Source: Clostridia bacterium (lineage in GTDB: Bacteria > Bacillota > Clostridia > Christensenellales > UBA1242). From it: 50,546 nt of DNA. The notes under the pieces were generated by a model that saw only the letters and a program-made list of their open reading frames with translations, was not told the DNA's origin and did no database searches. The stretch spans positions 1 through 50,546 of the forward strand of contig JAZLDP010000087.1 of NCBI GenBank assembly GCA_045614835.1, in the 5' to 3' direction. Shown here piece after piece: positions 48,537 to 50,546 of this stretch. Made by a program: the position numbers and the translations under genes. How positions within the stretch are numbered: the first letter of the stretch is position 1; every line of letters starts with the position of its first letter.

Positions 48537-48728
48537 ATGACAATTTCAGAGATGAACAAAGCATTAAAAGAAATGAAAGAGATTTGCACCTTTAAGGATA
48601 GCGAATCTACAATTAGCGTTCAGTCTAGGGCATTTGACCCATACGATATGAAAGAGCATATCAAAGTTGAAACAATAATAAATGGTATTCATATATATTT
48701 GACCAAAGAAATCAATAAGGATGAATAA
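48537..48728 (+). CDS. Hypothetical protein
   Basis: Track ORF with AAAGGAGAAC RBS. Confidence 0.55.
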   Translation: MTISEMNKALKEMKEICTFKDSESTISVQSRAFDPYDMKEHIKVETIINGIHIYLTKEINKDE

Positions 48729-49346
48729 ATGGCGAAGAAACCACTAACACCACAACAAAGGTTTTCAATACTTCAAGACAAAAAGAAAATCATTAAGAAG
48801 ATATGCGACAACGAGATTAACTCAAAAAGTGGTATTTACCTTTTCTATCGTATAAACGAAAAGAGTGAGAAATGCTTTTATGTGGGACAGGCAAAAGACC
48901 TTTTAACGAGGTGTGGTCAACACCTTATGGGCAGAGAGCAACACATTGACAAAAGCCTATATGTTCACAAGTTTTATAGTGCTGAAAATCCAACTGGTTG
49001 GAGATTGCGAGTAATAAAGACTTGCGATAGGTCTCAACTAGACCTTGCAGAACGAACATATATTCAGTATTACTTGGACAAAAATTATAAAAGTTATAAT
49101 GTGGCTGGTGGAGGACAATTTGATAAAGCCCAAGATGTAGGTGAACGATTTGAGGTCAAGTTGAAAACATACAAACATGGCAAGGCTTTTGCCTACGAAA
49201 AGGCACGACTTTATGTGAAAAATATGTTCGACAAATACTTGGACTATACGATAAAAGGTAAGCCCACCAAAATCAAAGAGCGAAAGTTCGCAGAGTTTGG
49301 GGAGTTCCTTGCCGATGCCGATAAAGAGAACAGCGACAGCAATTAG
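48729..49346 (+). CDS. GIY-YIG nuclease (free-standing homing-endonuclease-like)
   Basis: SGIYLFYR...CFYVGQAKDLLTRCGQH...ERTYIQYY...YN. Confidence 0.8.
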   Translation: MAKKPLTPQQRFSILQDKKKIIKKICDNEINSKSGIYLFYRINEKSEKCFYVGQAKDLLTRCGQHLMGREQHIDKSLYVHKFYSAENPTGWRLRVIKTCDRSQLDLAERTYIQYYLDKNYKSYNVAGGGQFDKAQDVGERFEVKLKTYKHGKAFAYEKARLYVKNMFDKYLDYTIKGKPTKIKERKFAEFGEFLADADKENSDSN

Positions 49347-49402
49347 TCGCTTTTTCTTGAAATATAAAAATGAAAAAATATGAAAAAAGTAGTAAATTTT
49401 GT

Positions 49403-49431
49403 TTGCATATATGAAAATAATCTGCTATAAT
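49403..49431 (+). promoter_or_regulatory. Near-consensus promoter
   Basis: TTGCAT, a 17-nt spacer, then TATAAT. It is preceded by the terminator-like hairpin AGCGAC-agcaatta-GTCGCT plus T5 (49331-49356). Confidence 0.6.
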
Positions 49432-49531
49432 AAAAGCGATAAAGGAAGAAAAGTAGATTGCAACTACCGAAATTTGCACTACTCTCGCAAGTTTCTTATT
49501 CCTTTATTACCATTTTATAGGAGAGTAAATA

Positions 49532-49912
49532 ATGTACACAAAAAACGAAAAGGTTTATGTGGGACAAGACAATAAGAATACTTTTACTAAATCAGATGAT
49601 GAAGTAAGAAGAAACAAGGAGTTGTCCATAGTTTCACGAATAATACAAATTGAATTAAAGTCAAACGACCCATTAACTTGGAATTACAGCCAAGAAAACA
49701 TTGCTGAAGCATTAGGAATTTGTAAGAGTACAGTGAACACTGCATTAAAGGAATTAAAACAAAAGGGATATTTATATGTGGGAGAACAGCATAGAACACA
49801 AAAGGGAACTTTCTCTAAGTGCAAATACTTCATAACGGATATTCCATTTGAATTTATAGATGAGAATGGTGATAAGTTTTATAGTGATGACAATGAACTA
49901 TTTTCACCGTAG
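49532..49912 (+). CDS. Winged-helix DNA-binding protein
   Basis: SQENIAEALGICKSTVNTALKELKQKGYLYV. Confidence 0.6.
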   Translation: MYTKNEKVYVGQDNKNTFTKSDDEVRRNKELSIVSRIIQIELKSNDPLTWNYSQENIAEALGICKSTVNTALKELKQKGYLYVGEQHRTQKGTFSKCKYFITDIPFEFIDENGDKFYSDDNELFSP

Positions 49913-50074
49913 TCTAAAATTTACACTCGGTCAACCGATACTAAAAATTAGACCACCGAAAATTATACTCGGCAATACTATACACTATATATTATATTAT
50001 TATACTAGATTTTATTGCCATTAAGAGAGTAATTATTTTATTATATACTAGTTAATTAGTTAAAAGGAGAAACT

Positions 50075-50236
50075 ATGGAAAAGTATTATACAGTGAAAGA
50101 ACTAGCCCAATACTTATCAGTAACAGAGAGAACAATAATGAATATGATTAAATGCGAGAGAATAAAAGGGGTTAAGGTCGCTGGTAAGTGGAGATTTCTT
50201 GAAAGTGAAGTTGAGAAAGTTATGAAAGGGGAGTAA
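50075..50236 (+). CDS. 53-aa excisionase/MerR-like HTH_17 protein
   Basis: Hand-translated: MEKYYTVKELAQYLSVTERTIMNMIKCERIKGVKVAGKWRFLESEVEKVMKGE. AAAGGAGAAACT RBS. Confidence 0.55.
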   Translation: MEKYYTVKELAQYLSVTERTIMNMIKCERIKGVKVAGKWRFLESEVEKVMKGE

Positions 50237-50391
50237 CACCTCACTACAAGGTGAATTTTCCACCTTGATGACACGAAACAAGCATAAATAGGTAAATACT
50301 CTATTTTGAGAGTTTTGAGCCTTTACAACCCCTTAAAATGAGTTTTGGGGATTACTTACTATATTATATAATATTAGGAGCAGAGAATATA

Positions 50392-50546
50392 ATGGGAGAA
50401 AGAGATTATATTAAGTGCGAAAAGCCAGTAACTGAAAATCAGAAAGAACTAGCGAACAAGATATATACCTACTTGTACCGAGAGCATCGCTACTGCACGA
50501 AGCAAGAGATATGCGAACACTTGGGGTGGGAGTACAACTCTAGCAA
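50392..50546 (+). CDS. N-terminal part of the junction-spanning gene (continues at base 2)
   Basis: ATG 50392 with AGGAG 11 nt upstream. N-terminus MGERDYIKCEKPVTENQKELANKIY... Confidence 0.6.
   Translation, partial: MGERDYIKCEKPVTENQKELANKIYTYLYREHRYCTKQEICEHLGWEYNSS
50406..50546. repeat. Right copy of the 141-bp terminal direct repeat
   Basis: Identical to 1..141. Confidence 0.95.

Noticed and set aside
50237-50270. Mutually exclusive hairpins CACCT/AGGTG and CAAGGTG/CACCTTG as a possible attenuator before the junction gene
   Set aside because: Neither hairpin is followed by a U-run, and no leader peptide or known riboswitch core is evident. This is too weak to call.
1-50546. Stop-codon reassignment, as in some gut phages
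   Set aside because: Long uninterrupted ORFs (1021, 706, 542 and 526 aa) and complete motif sets are obtained with the standard code. The only tRNA has a sense anticodon (GCA).
1-50546. Enrichment of Spo0A 0A boxes (TGTCGAA) as support for the Spo0A_C finding
   Set aside because: By eye I found about eight copies on both strands (for example near 1617, 4838, 9486, 24033, 33184, 44015, 49225), mostly inside genes. That is roughly the chance expectation for a 7-mer in 50 kb, so it is not evidence either way.

Overview
The window is an essentially complete, circularly closed phage genome. Bases 1-141 are repeated exactly at 50406-50546, leaving 50,405 unique bp, and one gene reads through the junction. 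It is a low-GC tailed dsDNA phage with a siphovirus-type morphogenesis module and standard code 11. AGGAGG-type ribosome-binding sites, a lipoprotein and a Spo0A-like gene suggest a Firmicutes/Clostridia-like host; that host call is inference only.

There are four transcription blocks:
- (A) Plus strand, 43387 through the junction to 9642: early, recombination and DNA-modification genes. These include XRE/HTH regulators, a Spo0A_C-only protein, an exonuclease, RecT, SSB, a GIY-YIG nuclease, a LexA-DBD-only protein, a CHC2 zinc-finger protein, a C5 and an N6/N4 DNA methyltransferase, a small serine recombinase and an EndoV-like glycosylase.
- (B) Minus strand, 36143 to 9867: the late operon. 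It runs from an intein-containing TerL through portal, scaffold, decoration protein, capsid, connectors, major tail protein, a G/GT frameshifted chaperone pair, tape measure, Dit/Tal-like proteins and collagen-like fibres. It ends in a cluster of membrane proteins and low-complexity proteins with no recognisable endolysin.
- (C) Plus strand, 36880-39767: small ORFs plus a soluble FtsK/SpoIIIE-type ATPase.
- (D) Minus strand, 43141-40427: an HTH protein, a replisome-organizer N-domain protein, four tandem paralogs and a lipoprotein.

Non-coding highlights:
- a canonical tRNA-Cys(GCA) beside a tRNA-shaped element with a ~63-nt insertion, inside a ~480-nt hairpin-rich locus;
- a 300-bp unidirectional TTTCT iteron-like array;
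- a 20-bp palindrome present at least three times at module borders;
- two G-depleted, C/A-rich tracts;
- several near-consensus sigma-A-type promoters and intrinsic terminators.

I found no integrase, CRISPR array, reverse transcriptase or rRNA. All family assignments come from reading motifs by eye, and no database search was run.
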